A stretch of 64,000 nucleotides of DNA from Clostridia bacterium (GTDB taxonomy: Bacteria; Bacillota; Clostridia; CAKSNL01; HGM11501): assembly GCA_045545475.1 (NCBI GenBank), contig JAZQAZ010000019.1, positions 12,169-76,168 on the forward strand. Direction: 5' to 3'. Under the pieces are notes generated by a model that saw only the letters and a program-made list of their open reading frames with translations, had not been told where the DNA came from and did not search any database. The position numbers and the translations under genes are program-made. This document shows, one piece after another, positions 19,216 through 28,456 of this stretch (positions are counted from its first letter, which is position 1; every line of letters begins with the position of its first letter).

Positions 19216-21618
19216 GTGAAAAAATTATTATCTGTACTTTCAGCACTTACATTAATATTAGCATTGTTTGCAGTTCCTTCCTTTGCGGAGGAGTATCTTG
19301 ACAGAAGCGACTGGACTTTTAAGGCATCCTCTGAAATCTCCTGGGGCTTTATCGACGAAGCGTTTGACGGAAAGGCTGACACCTTCTGGCATACATTTTA
19401 TAAAGCAGAAGGCTCAACCGTAACGGAAAAGGATAAGCCTCCCCATACGGTTGAAATAACCCTTCCTACGGCAGAAAACATTTCGGGTATTGCATATTTG
19501 CCCCGTCAGGATCATCAGTCGGGAAGACTTCTTTCCTTCGAGGTTTACATTTCAAGCACGGGAAATGATAAGGGAGAAAAGGCGGCAACCGTTACAATTT
19601 CCGACCAGACCTCGACAGACGAAGTTAAGACAATGTTTGCTAAGACATATTCTGCAAAGAAAATCACCATTGTTATAACCAAAACCGCGGGCGATATAGG
19701 AGCCTGTGCGGAGTTTAACTTTATCGGCGGAACAGACGGTGTTAAAACCGAAGAAAGCAAAGCAGAAAGCACAACAACTGCGACTCTTGATAAGTCCAAC
19801 TGGACAGCAAAGGCAAGTACGGAAATCGGCTGGGGGCTTGTTGAAGAATCTTTTGACGGCAAGGAAGATACCTACTGGCATACAATGTATACAGCGGAAG
19901 GCTCAACCATAACAAGCAAGGCAGAGCTTCCTCATATCCTTGAATTTACATTCCCGAAGGCTGAAACCGTTACCGCCATGAAGTACCTGCCCCGTCAGGA
20001 CGGACAGTCTGGACGTTGGCTTGAAGCAGAAGTTTACGCATCGGCGGACGGAAGCAGCAAGGGCGACCTTGTTACAAAAGCAACCTTTAAGCAGGAAGAT
20101 GCCGCATGGCAGACGGTGGATTTTAGCAAGAGCGTAACAGCGAAGAAAATCACCATAGTTATAACAAAATCTGCAGGCGGTCACGGTACCTGTGCGGAAA
20201 TCGATTTCCTTACAACTGCGGTTGAATCGGAAAAAGAAGAAGCATCTGACGGCCACATTAAAAACGGCAAGTTTGATACATCAAAATGGCAGATAACTGC
20301 AACCAGCGAAAAAGCGGGATGGGGTGCTATTACAAAGGCTTTTGACGGAGATGTCTCCACATTCTGGCACACACACTATGACGAGGCTGACGGTAAGGTT
20401 TTAGGCCACGATATGCCTCCTTATGATGTAGATATAATTCTTCCCGAACTTTCCGTAATTACCGGCTTTGCCGTAACTCCAAGACCGGGAAATGCGGCAG
20501 GTAAAATTAAGGCGTATAAGCTTTATATGTCCAAGGAAGACGAAGGCGAATTTACCCTTCTTATGGAAGGAACACTCCTTGGTGCAATTGCTACGGAAAA
20601 AATTGAATTCAACTGCGGTGTTGAAGCAAAGAGAATACGATTTGAGGTTTTGGAAGGTCAGGGAGGTTATGCCACAATGGCAGAGCTTGAATTCTTCCCA
20701 GGAGATTCTTCGACACAGATTGTAGCCTATGAAGATTTAGAAAAGACAATGAATGAAAACTCCCTTCACAAAATTGATTCATCCATCTTCAAGGCGGAAA
20801 ACGAATTGCCCACATGGGCAAATTGCTCTGCGGGAATGGTGTTTGACGGAACTATGTCGGGACTCTGGCAGACAGACGATTTATCCGGCAGAACTGACCC
20901 TGTTATACTTTCAACAGACCTTGGTAAAGTTCATGAGTTTTCAGCTATTTCTATCACTCCCAGACAGTCGGCAGACTATCACGGCTATTGGCTTGAATTT
21001 AATATCTGGGCAAGTGAAGACGGAGAACATTTCGAACCCTTGGTTGAAAATTACAGCTTTTCCAAGAGAACTCTTGACGAAAAGTTTATTCACTTTGATG
21101 AGCCAGTAAAGGCACGTTATGTAGAGTTTGAAATTACCAAATATAATGCATACCGTGTAAGCTGCGGAGAAATTTCCTTCTGGCAGAATTATAATCAGAA
21201 AATGGCAAGTGAAGACGGCGGCTCCTTCGTTATGCAGATAGGCTCTAAGGATATTAAGGTAGAAAAGGGCGGAGAGAGCTATACAAAAACTATCGACGTT
21301 GCACCTTATATCACATCTGCAGGCTCTACACTTATTCCTTTAAGAGGATTACTCGAGGAAATGGGTGCTGAAATTGAGTGGATTGGTGATACACAGACAA
21401 TCAAGGTTACAAAGGATTCGCTTAAAATTGAACTTCAGATTCAGAATAAGCTTGTTTATGTTGACGACCCTGTTTACGGACTAACAATGTATACACTTAC
21501 TTCTGCTCCGAGAATCAAGGATTCAAGAACCTTTATTCCTGTCCGTTTCGTATCAGAACAGCTTGGCTATACAGTTTCCTGGGACGGCGAAACTCAGACT
21601 ATTACGATTACAAAATGA
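19216..21618 (+). CDS. Cassette gene B3: 4 F5/8C modules + stalk domain
   Basis: GTG start after AAGGAGG; WHT..PR modules x3 plus one LWQT module; stalk. Confidence 0.8.
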   Translation: MKKLLSVLSALTLILALFAVPSFAEEYLDRSDWTFKASSEISWGFIDEAFDGKADTFWHTFYKAEGSTVTEKDKPPHTVEITLPTAENISGIAYLPRQDHQSGRLLSFEVYISSTGNDKGEKAATVTISDQTSTDEVKTMFAKTYSAKKITIVITKTAGDIGACAEFNFIGGTDGVKTEESKAESTTTATLDKSNWTAKASTEIGWGLVEESFDGKEDTYWHTMYTAEGSTITSKAELPHILEFTFPKAETVTAMKYLPRQDGQSGRWLEAEVYASADGSSKGDLVTKATFKQEDAAWQTVDFSKSVTAKKITIVITKSAGGHGTCAEIDFLTTAVESEKEEASDGHIKNGKFDTSKWQITATSEKAGWGAITKAFDGDVSTFWHTHYDEADGKVLGHDMPPYDVDIILPELSVITGFAVTPRPGNAAGKIKAYKLYMSKEDEGEFTLLMEGTLLGAIATEKIEFNCGVEAKRIRFEVLEGQGGYATMAELEFFPGDSSTQIVAYEDLEKTMNENSLHKIDSSIFKAENELPTWANCSAGMVFDGTMSGLWQTDDLSGRTDPVILSTDLGKVHEFSAISITPRQSADYHGYWLEFNIWASEDGEHFEPLVENYSFSKRTLDEKFIHFDEPVKARYVEFEITKYNAYRVSCGEISFWQNYNQKMASEDGGSFVMQIGSKDIKVEKGGESYTKTIDVAPYITSAGSTLIPLRGLLEEMGAEIEWIGDTQTIKVTKDSLKIELQIQNKLVYVDDPVYGLTMYTLTSAPRIKDSRTFIPVRFVSEQLGYTVSWDGETQTITITK

Positions 21619-21622
21619 TGAT

Positions 21623-21653
21623 AAAAGCTCCGAACAGCGTTCGGAGCTTTTTT
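21623..21653 (+). terminator. Intrinsic terminator
   Basis: AAAAGCTCCGAAC-AGC-GTTCGGAGCTTTT followed by T tract. Confidence 0.85.
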
Positions 21654-21667
21654 ACGGAAAAAATATG

Positions 21668-21775
21668 TTGGCAATTGCGAAATTATGTGATATAATACAC
21701 ACAAAAGGGCATAGCCCAAAGCCGCCCGTGGCGTCTTTGCAGATTATATCTGCTTTGTGTTCCTTGACGGCTTCG
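21668..21775 (+). ncRNA. Candidate promoter-driven structured RNA (possible 6S-RNA 5' remnant or hsdR leader)
   Basis: TTGGCA-17-TATAAT followed by a GC-richer non-coding stretch with several hairpins; identity unverified. Confidence 0.3.
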
Positions 21776-21861
21776 TAAAAAAGTCCTTGCAAGCAAGCTT
21801 TTTTACTCATGGTATAATGTAAAAGTATTATTGTAATTACTTAGAAAAAGGAGGGTGAAAA

Positions 21862-24222
21862 ATGATCTTAGATAAAAAACAAATGACAGAAGAAGATATA
21901 AAATTGCAATATATAACTCCTGCTATACAAGCCAAATGGGGGCTTGAGCGCATCACAATGGAAACCAAGATAACCGATGGCAGAATTAATCTTAAAGGGA
22001 ACATGGTTACACGTGAAAAACCTAAAAAGGCAGACTATGTTTTGTATATAAACAAAAATAAGCCAATTGCAATTGTTGAGGCAAAGGATAACAATCATTC
22101 AATATCATACGGTCTTCAACAGGCAATTACTTATGCGAAAATGCAGGATATTCCGTTCGCATTCAGCTCTAACGGTGACGGATTTCAGGAACACGATCTT
22201 CTTACAGGTTTTGAACGCACTATTTCTATGGAAGAGTTTCCTACGATGGAAGAACTGCGGGAGCGTTGGGAGAGAGAGGCTAACAGCGGAAAAGGAATCT
22301 CTGCTGATGAGAAAAAGGTCATAGAACAGCCTTATTATACAAGTCAAAATACTTATGATCCGAGATATTATCAACGAAATGCAATTAACCGCACAGTAGA
22401 AGCAATTGCTAAAGGACAAGAACGCTTACTGCTTGTTATGGCTACAGGTACCGGAAAGACATATACGGCATTTCAAATTGTTTATCGCTTATTGCAAAGC
22501 GGATTAAAGAAAAAAGTTTTATATCTGGCAGACCGTAATATTCTTGTGGATCAGTCCATTCAACAGGACTTTGCACCTCTTGAAAAAACGATTCATAAAA
22601 TAAACTTTGCAAAAGATGATCCCACAACTATCACTTCATATGAAGTATATTTTTCGCTTTATCAACAGCTTGCGGGAAATGAAGAAAGTGAAGATGAAGG
22701 AAATGACGAAGAAACAGTGGCAAGATTTGCAAAGCTTTTCAGTAAAGATTTCTTCGACCTTATCATCGTAGACGAGTGTCACAGAGGATCGGCGAAGAAG
22801 GATAGTAATTGGCGTAAAATTCTTGATTACTTTTCTTCTGCGACACAAATAGGTATGACAGCAACACCGAAAGAAACGAAATATATTTCAAATATAGATT
22901 ATTTTGGTGAGCCTGTATACACTTATAGTTTACGTGAAGGGATTGAAGACGGATTTCTCGCACCGTTCAAGGTTGTCAATATTAAAACCGATATTTCTGA
23001 TGGATGGAGACCTTGTAAAGGACAGCTTGATAAGTTCGGAAACGTAATTGAAGATCGCATATATACTAACAGTGACTTTGACTATAACATAATTTTAGAA
23101 GACAGAACCTATGAAGTTGCGAAAGAAATAACCGAATACTTAAAGAGCACCGACAGAATGCAAAAAACAATCGTTTTCTGTGCAACTGAAGACCATGCGG
23201 AACGTATGAGGATTGCACTTAATAATTTAAATGCAGATATGGTAAAAGAGAATCCCGATTATGTTGTGAGAATTACAGGATCCGATACCTATGGAAAAAG
23301 CAAACTTGATTATTTCATTTCTGTTGCGGCTCCTTATCCTGTTATAGCAACTACATCGAAGCTTTTATCTACCGGTGCAGACTGCAAAATGACAAAACTT
23401 ATTGTGCTTGATGAAATGATAAGTTCCATGACGGAATTTAAGCAGATTATTGGCCGTGGCACACGTTTGCGTGAAAAGGAAGGAAAAAATCATTTTGTTG
23501 TAATGGATTTCAGAAATGTAACAAGATTGTTTTCTGATCCCGACTGGGATGGGCCGATTGAAATTGTTGATGGCTTTGATCCCGATCATAAACCAACGCC
23601 AAAGCCTCCTGTTTCACCGGGGCCTGAACCTCCTTTGCCTCCGACTGTGGAAAAATACATTGTGGATGAAAATGGCTGTGATGTTCACGTCATCGGAAAA
23701 CGAGTTGAAGTTTATGATGTTGACGGAAAACTTCTCCGTCAGGAAAGCATAGTCGATTATACAAAATCAAATATTCTTGGCAAATATGCATCACTCGATA
23801 ACTTTATTTTGAAATGGAAGACTGAAGAAAAGAAGGAAGCTATTCGTGAACTCTTAAGAGAGCAGGGAATAGACCTTGACAGGATGAAAGAAGAAAAAGA
23901 AATGACCGATGTGGATGACTTTGACTTTATTTGTCATGTTGCATTTGACCAAAAACCACTGACTCGTAGGGAAAGAGCGGACAATGTTAAAAAACGTGAT
24001 TTTTTAAGTAAGTATAGTGGTGTGGCAAGGGATGTTTTAGAGGCTCTTCTTGACAGATACATGAATAGCGGAATTTATGAGATTGAAAAAACAGAGATCC
24101 TGCAGCTTGATCCCTTTAATAAGTTTGGTAAACCTTCAAGAATTGCTACTTATTTTGGAGGAAAAGATGGGTATCTGGCTGCAATTAAAGAACTGGAAGA
24201 AGAATTATATAAGGCGGTTTGA
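21862..24222 (+). CDS. hsdR: Type I restriction enzyme R subunit (EcoAI/EcoEI-like)
   Basis: ADYVL..IVEAK nuclease motif, MATGTGKT, DECHRGS, MTATP, QIIGRGTR. Confidence 0.95.
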   Translation: MILDKKQMTEEDIKLQYITPAIQAKWGLERITMETKITDGRINLKGNMVTREKPKKADYVLYINKNKPIAIVEAKDNNHSISYGLQQAITYAKMQDIPFAFSSNGDGFQEHDLLTGFERTISMEEFPTMEELRERWEREANSGKGISADEKKVIEQPYYTSQNTYDPRYYQRNAINRTVEAIAKGQERLLLVMATGTGKTYTAFQIVYRLLQSGLKKKVLYLADRNILVDQSIQQDFAPLEKTIHKINFAKDDPTTITSYEVYFSLYQQLAGNEESEDEGNDEETVARFAKLFSKDFFDLIIVDECHRGSAKKDSNWRKILDYFSSATQIGMTATPKETKYISNIDYFGEPVYTYSLREGIEDGFLAPFKVVNIKTDISDGWRPCKGQLDKFGNVIEDRIYTNSDFDYNIILEDRTYEVAKEITEYLKSTDRMQKTIVFCATEDHAERMRIALNNLNADMVKENPDYVVRITGSDTYGKSKLDYFISVAAPYPVIATTSKLLSTGADCKMTKLIVLDEMISSMTEFKQIIGRGTRLREKEGKNHFVVMDFRNVTRLFSDPDWDGPIEIVDGFDPDHKPTPKPPVSPGPEPPLPPTVEKYIVDENGCDVHVIGKRVEVYDVDGKLLRQESIVDYTKSNILGKYASLDNFILKWKTEEKKEAIRELLREQGIDLDRMKEEKEMTDVDDFDFICHVAFDQKPLTRRERADNVKKRDFLSKYSGVARDVLEALLDRYMNSGIYEIEKTEILQLDPFNKFGKPSRIATYFGGKDGYLAAIKELEEELYKAV

Positions 24223-24226
24223 TTAA

Positions 24227-25705
24227 ATGAGTAATTTATCAGGATTTGTAAAAAGATTTCGTGACATTATGAGAAACGATGCCGGCATCAACGGCGATGC
24301 ACAGCGAATCGAGCAAATTGCGTGGATGCTTTTCTTAAAAGTATATGATGCCAAGGAGCAGGACTGGGAATTTGATGATGAAGCCTTTGTTTCCATTATT
24401 CCTGAAACCTGCCGTTGGCAGAACTGGGCACACGATGATAAATCAGGCACTGCTATGACCGGGGAAACGCTTTTGAATTTTGTAAATAATACGCTGTTTC
24501 CAACATTGAAAAAACTGCCGGTGGATGCTTCTACGCCTATTAAAAAGGCTATTGTCCAAACCACCTTTGCCGACGCCAATAACTATATGAAAGACGGTGT
24601 CCTGCTTCGTCAGGTTATTAATGTTATTGATGAACTTGACCTTTCCGATTACGAGGAAAGCCATGCTTTCGGAGATATTTATGAATCAATCTTGAAAGAA
24701 CTGCAGAGTGCGGGTTCAGCGGGAGAATTTTATACCCCTCGTGCAGTAACTGACTTTATGGCACAGATGATCGGTCCGAAAATTGGTGAAACTATGGCAG
24801 ACTTTGCTTGTGGTACCGGTGGATTTATTGTTAGTTGGTTAAAAGAACTCCAAAAACAAATTCGCAGCACTGCGGATGCCGAAAAATACGGTGAATCCAT
24901 TTACGGTATCGAGAAAAAACAGTTTCCGTATATGCTTTGCATCACAAATTTATTGCTACACGGTCTCGATGTTCCGCAGGTGTTCCATGATAACACTCTT
25001 TTGAAAGATGTGCTTGACTATACCGTGGAAGATCAGTTTGACGTTATACTTATGAATCCGCCATATGGCGGTAGCGAAAAGGCAGACGTAAAGAATCATT
25101 TTCCGTCTGACCTTGCAAGCAGCGAGACGGCAGACCTATTTATGTCGGTTATTATGTATCGTTTAAAGCAGAACGGTCGTGTGGCTGTAATTTTGCCTGA
25201 CGGTTTCTTGTTCGGTACCGATAATGCAAAAGTAAATATTAAGAAGAAATTATTGTCAGAGTTCAACCTTCATACCGTTATCCGTATGCCGGGTAGTGTT
25301 TTTGCTCCTTATACGTCTATTACAACAAATATTCTGTTCTTTGACCGCACAGGAGCAACGGAAGAAACTTGGTTTTACCGACTTGATATGCCGGAGGGAT
25401 ATAAGCATTTTTCAAAAACAAAACCCATGAAGCTGGAACATTTTGAACCCGTGATGGAATGGTGGAATAATCGCCGTGAGATTACGTTAGATGGTTTTGA
25501 TAAGGCAAGATGTTTTACTGCAGAGCAGCTTACCGAAGAATTCGGCTATAACCTTGACCAATGCGGATATCCCCATGTGGAAGAAGAAATTTTAGATCCT
25601 ATGGACTTGATTCAAAGATACCAGGAAGAACGTGCGTCTCTTAATGCAGAGATTGACCGTGTATTAGCTGATATTACTGCAATTCTTGGAGGTGGTCAGG
25701 AATGA
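24227..25705 (+). CDS. hsdM: Type I restriction-modification methyltransferase (N6-adenine)
   Basis: GEFYTPR, DFACGTGGF, MNPPYGG. Confidence 0.95.
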   Translation: MSNLSGFVKRFRDIMRNDAGINGDAQRIEQIAWMLFLKVYDAKEQDWEFDDEAFVSIIPETCRWQNWAHDDKSGTAMTGETLLNFVNNTLFPTLKKLPVDASTPIKKAIVQTTFADANNYMKDGVLLRQVINVIDELDLSDYEESHAFGDIYESILKELQSAGSAGEFYTPRAVTDFMAQMIGPKIGETMADFACGTGGFIVSWLKELQKQIRSTADAEKYGESIYGIEKKQFPYMLCITNLLLHGLDVPQVFHDNTLLKDVLDYTVEDQFDVILMNPPYGGSEKADVKNHFPSDLASSETADLFMSVIMYRLKQNGRVAVILPDGFLFGTDNAKVNIKKKLLSEFNLHTVIRMPGSVFAPYTSITTNILFFDRTGATEETWFYRLDMPEGYKHFSKTKPMKLEHFEPVMEWWNNRREITLDGFDKARCFTAEQLTEEFGYNLDQCGYPHVEEEILDPMDLIQRYQEERASLNAEIDRVLADITAILGGGQE

Positions 25706-27201
25706 CACCGCAGGAATTATTAGGAAGTGCATTAAGTCTAGCTGTGCAAGGAAAACTTGTTGAACAATTGGAGGTTGAAGGAACTTCCGATGATTTATAT
25801 AAATATCTTATTGAAACAAAAAGCGGTCTTATAAAAAAAGGAATCGCCAAAAAATCCAAAACACTTTCTCAAATAACAGAAGATGAAAAACTGTTTGATA
25901 TTCCTGACAGTTGGCGCTGGATAAAGATAGGAGAAATATCGTCGTTAATTACTAAAGGGACAACGCCACGCGGAGGAAATGTTAGCTATTTGGATGCTGG
26001 CGTTGGATTCTTGCGAGCAGAAAATGTTGCGGGGTTAGATAGACTTGATAAATCTAATCTAAAGTATATAGATGAAAACACCCATTTTGGTTTTCTTAAA
26101 AGGTCGGTACTCGAAGCTAATGATATTCTAATTACTATTGCTGGAACATTGGGGCGAACCGCGATTGTTAGAGAAGTTGATTTACCGCTCAATGCAAATC
26201 AAGCGGTTTCGATGATTCGTCTTGCGGATCCAGATGCGTTGAATTTAACATATCTTGTTTATGCTTTGAATTCTCCTGAAATACAGGATTACTTAACAAA
26301 GCAAAAAAAAGTTACAGCGATTCCCAATTTAACATTAGAGATAATAGAAAACTGTTTGTTGCCTCTTCCACCTCTTGCTGAACAGAAGCGCATTGTAGCA
26401 AAGATTGAGGAACTGTTACCTCTTATCGACCGCTATGAGCAAGCATGGAGCAAACTTGAAGACTTCAATAAGCGTTTCCCCGTGGATATGCAGAAATCCA
26501 TTCTCCAGATGGCAATTCAGGGCAAACTTGTTGAACAACGTCCCGAAGAAGGTACCGGAGAAGATTTGTTCCGTATAGTTCAAAAGAAAAAAGAGCAGCT
26601 GGTAAAAAACGGAGCAATAAAAAAGGATAAGCCGTTGCCAGAAATAACTGATGAAGAAATACCTTTTGAAATACCGACATCATGGAAATGGGTAAGAATA
26701 CAGGATTTGTTTAATGTTCGATCGGCAATGAGAATTCACCAAACAGACTGGAAAACAAGTGGTATCCCGTTTTTTAGAGGCCGAGAATTGGTGCAACTTG
26801 TAAAAACAGGAACGGTTAATTTTGAAATATACATTTCCAGAGAATTGTATGAAGCGAACAAAGCTAAAGGTGGAGTTCCACAAAAGGATGACCTTCTTAT
26901 TTCGGCAGTTGGTACTTTGGGTAAGGTGTATGTTGTTCAAGGCACTCATGAGTTTTATTACAAAGATGCCTATATTCTATGCTTGGAGAATATAGGAAAT
27001 GTTTATCCAAAATACATTAAGTATGTTTTGGAGAGTCCATATAATCAAACGGAAATACACCGAGATTCAATGGCGACTACCGTTGCACAATTAACGATTA
27101 TTAAAACAAAAAAACTATTAGTTCCACTCCCGCCTCTTGCCGAGCAGAAGCGTATCGTAGCCAAACTGGAAGAAATCCTGCCGTTGTGCGAGCAGATATA
27201 A
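25702..27201 (+). CDS. hsdS: Type I restriction-modification specificity subunit (two target recognition domains)
   Basis: Two QGKLVEQ..FD/EIP.SW.W..PLPPLAEQKRIVAK units; 4-bp overlap with hsdM. Confidence 0.93.
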   Translation: MTPQELLGSALSLAVQGKLVEQLEVEGTSDDLYKYLIETKSGLIKKGIAKKSKTLSQITEDEKLFDIPDSWRWIKIGEISSLITKGTTPRGGNVSYLDAGVGFLRAENVAGLDRLDKSNLKYIDENTHFGFLKRSVLEANDILITIAGTLGRTAIVREVDLPLNANQAVSMIRLADPDALNLTYLVYALNSPEIQDYLTKQKKVTAIPNLTLEIIENCLLPLPPLAEQKRIVAKIEELLPLIDRYEQAWSKLEDFNKRFPVDMQKSILQMAIQGKLVEQRPEEGTGEDLFRIVQKKKEQLVKNGAIKKDKPLPEITDEEIPFEIPTSWKWVRIQDLFNVRSAMRIHQTDWKTSGIPFFRGRELVQLVKTGTVNFEIYISRELYEANKAKGGVPQKDDLLISAVGTLGKVYVVQGTHEFYYKDAYILCLENIGNVYPKYIKYVLESPYNQTEIHRDSMATTVAQLTIIKTKKLLVPLPPLAEQKRIVAKLEEILPLCEQI

Positions 27202-27220
27202 TTAAAAAGGAGGAAACGAA

Positions 27221-28300
27221 ATGGGAAAATATAATAGCTTCAGACCGGGCGAGGTGTGGCTTGATACAAACGGAAACAGAATTCAGGCACACGGCGGTTC
27301 TGTAATGTTCATTGACGGAACATATTATTTTTACGGCGAAAACAAGGAAAAGACCGACGGCAAAAACGGAATATGGCATTGGGGCGTAAGATGCTACAGT
27401 TCCAAGGATTTATACAACTGGGAAGACCTTGGAATTATAATTCCGCCCGATTTGGAGGACGAAAATTCACCTCTTCATCCCACAGCCTGCATGGACAGAC
27501 CGCACATCATCTACAACAAGGATACGAAAAAATATGTGTGCTGGCTTAAGATTATGCAAAAGGACGGTATACAGTCGGAAACCGTTCTTACAGCGGATAA
27601 AATCACGGGGCCCTATGAAATGGTTAAAAAGGGACTTCGTCCTCTCGGTATGAGCGCAGGAGACTTTGACCTGGTTGTAGCTCCCGACGGTAAAGGCTAT
27701 TACTATTTTGAGAGAGTGCATAGTGAAACAATCTGTGCAGACCTGACAAGCGACTACACCGATGTTACGGGCTATTATTCAACGCATTTTCCGCATCCTC
27801 ATCCGCCTTATGTAAGAGAGGCGACAGCTCATTTTACCCGTAATTACAAGCATTATCTTGTAACCTCGGGAACAACAGGTTATTACCCCAATCCTTCCGA
27901 GGTTGCTATAGCCGATACCTATCACGGTCCTTTTACGGTACTTGGAAATCCCCATCCGGATGATGAAACAAACACAAGCTTCCATTCGCAGATTTCATCC
28001 GTATTCAAGGTAGAGGGTAAGAAGGATTTGTACATAGCCTGTGCTGACAGATGGCTTCCCGGATATATGGATATTCCGTATGAACAATACGAAGAAATGT
28101 TTAATCTCCTGTTTTCGGATGAAAGAAATTCGGAGCGCTGTCGTGAGCTTCTTGCCAAGCACAGAGAAGTTGTTGAAAAAACAATGGAGGCAAATTATGT
28201 ATGGCTTCCTTTAAGATTTGTTGAGCCCTCTGAAGAGCATCCCCACGGTATGGTTTATATCGACTGGTATGACGAATGGAAATGGGAAGACTGGGAATAA
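27221..28300 (+). CDS. Glycoside hydrolase family 43 (GH43_24-like, beta-1,3-galactanase-like)
   Basis: PGEVWLDTNGNRIQAHGG..YYFYGENK, YSSKDLYNW, DRPHIIYN, SFHSQ, ADRW. Confidence 0.85.
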   Translation: MGKYNSFRPGEVWLDTNGNRIQAHGGSVMFIDGTYYFYGENKEKTDGKNGIWHWGVRCYSSKDLYNWEDLGIIIPPDLEDENSPLHPTACMDRPHIIYNKDTKKYVCWLKIMQKDGIQSETVLTADKITGPYEMVKKGLRPLGMSAGDFDLVVAPDGKGYYYFERVHSETICADLTSDYTDVTGYYSTHFPHPHPPYVREATAHFTRNYKHYLVTSGTTGYYPNPSEVAIADTYHGPFTVLGNPHPDDETNTSFHSQISSVFKVEGKKDLYIACADRWLPGYMDIPYEQYEEMFNLLFSDERNSERCRELLAKHREVVEKTMEANYVWLPLRFVEPSEEHPHGMVYIDWYDEWKWEDWE

Positions 28301-28306
28301 GATAAT

Positions 28307-28336
28307 AAAACGCTGGATTTTAAAAATCCGGCGTTT
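28307..28336 (+). terminator. Probable intrinsic terminator
   Basis: AAACGCTGGATTT..AAATCCGGCGTTT hairpin. Confidence 0.6.
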
Positions 28337-28456
28337 ATGCATTAAAGCATTTTTCATTCATGCACAAAATCATCCGATTTTTCCGGTTTTTCAAAAAATA
28401 CTTGAAAAACGGTGAGAATGTGATAAGATTAAACTATCACAAAGTGAGGTGTTTGC

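Noticed and set aside
25702-27201. Phase-variable hsdS shufflon
   Set aside because: Single hsdS with direct internal repeats only; no extra target-recognition fragments, inverted repeats or recombinase nearby
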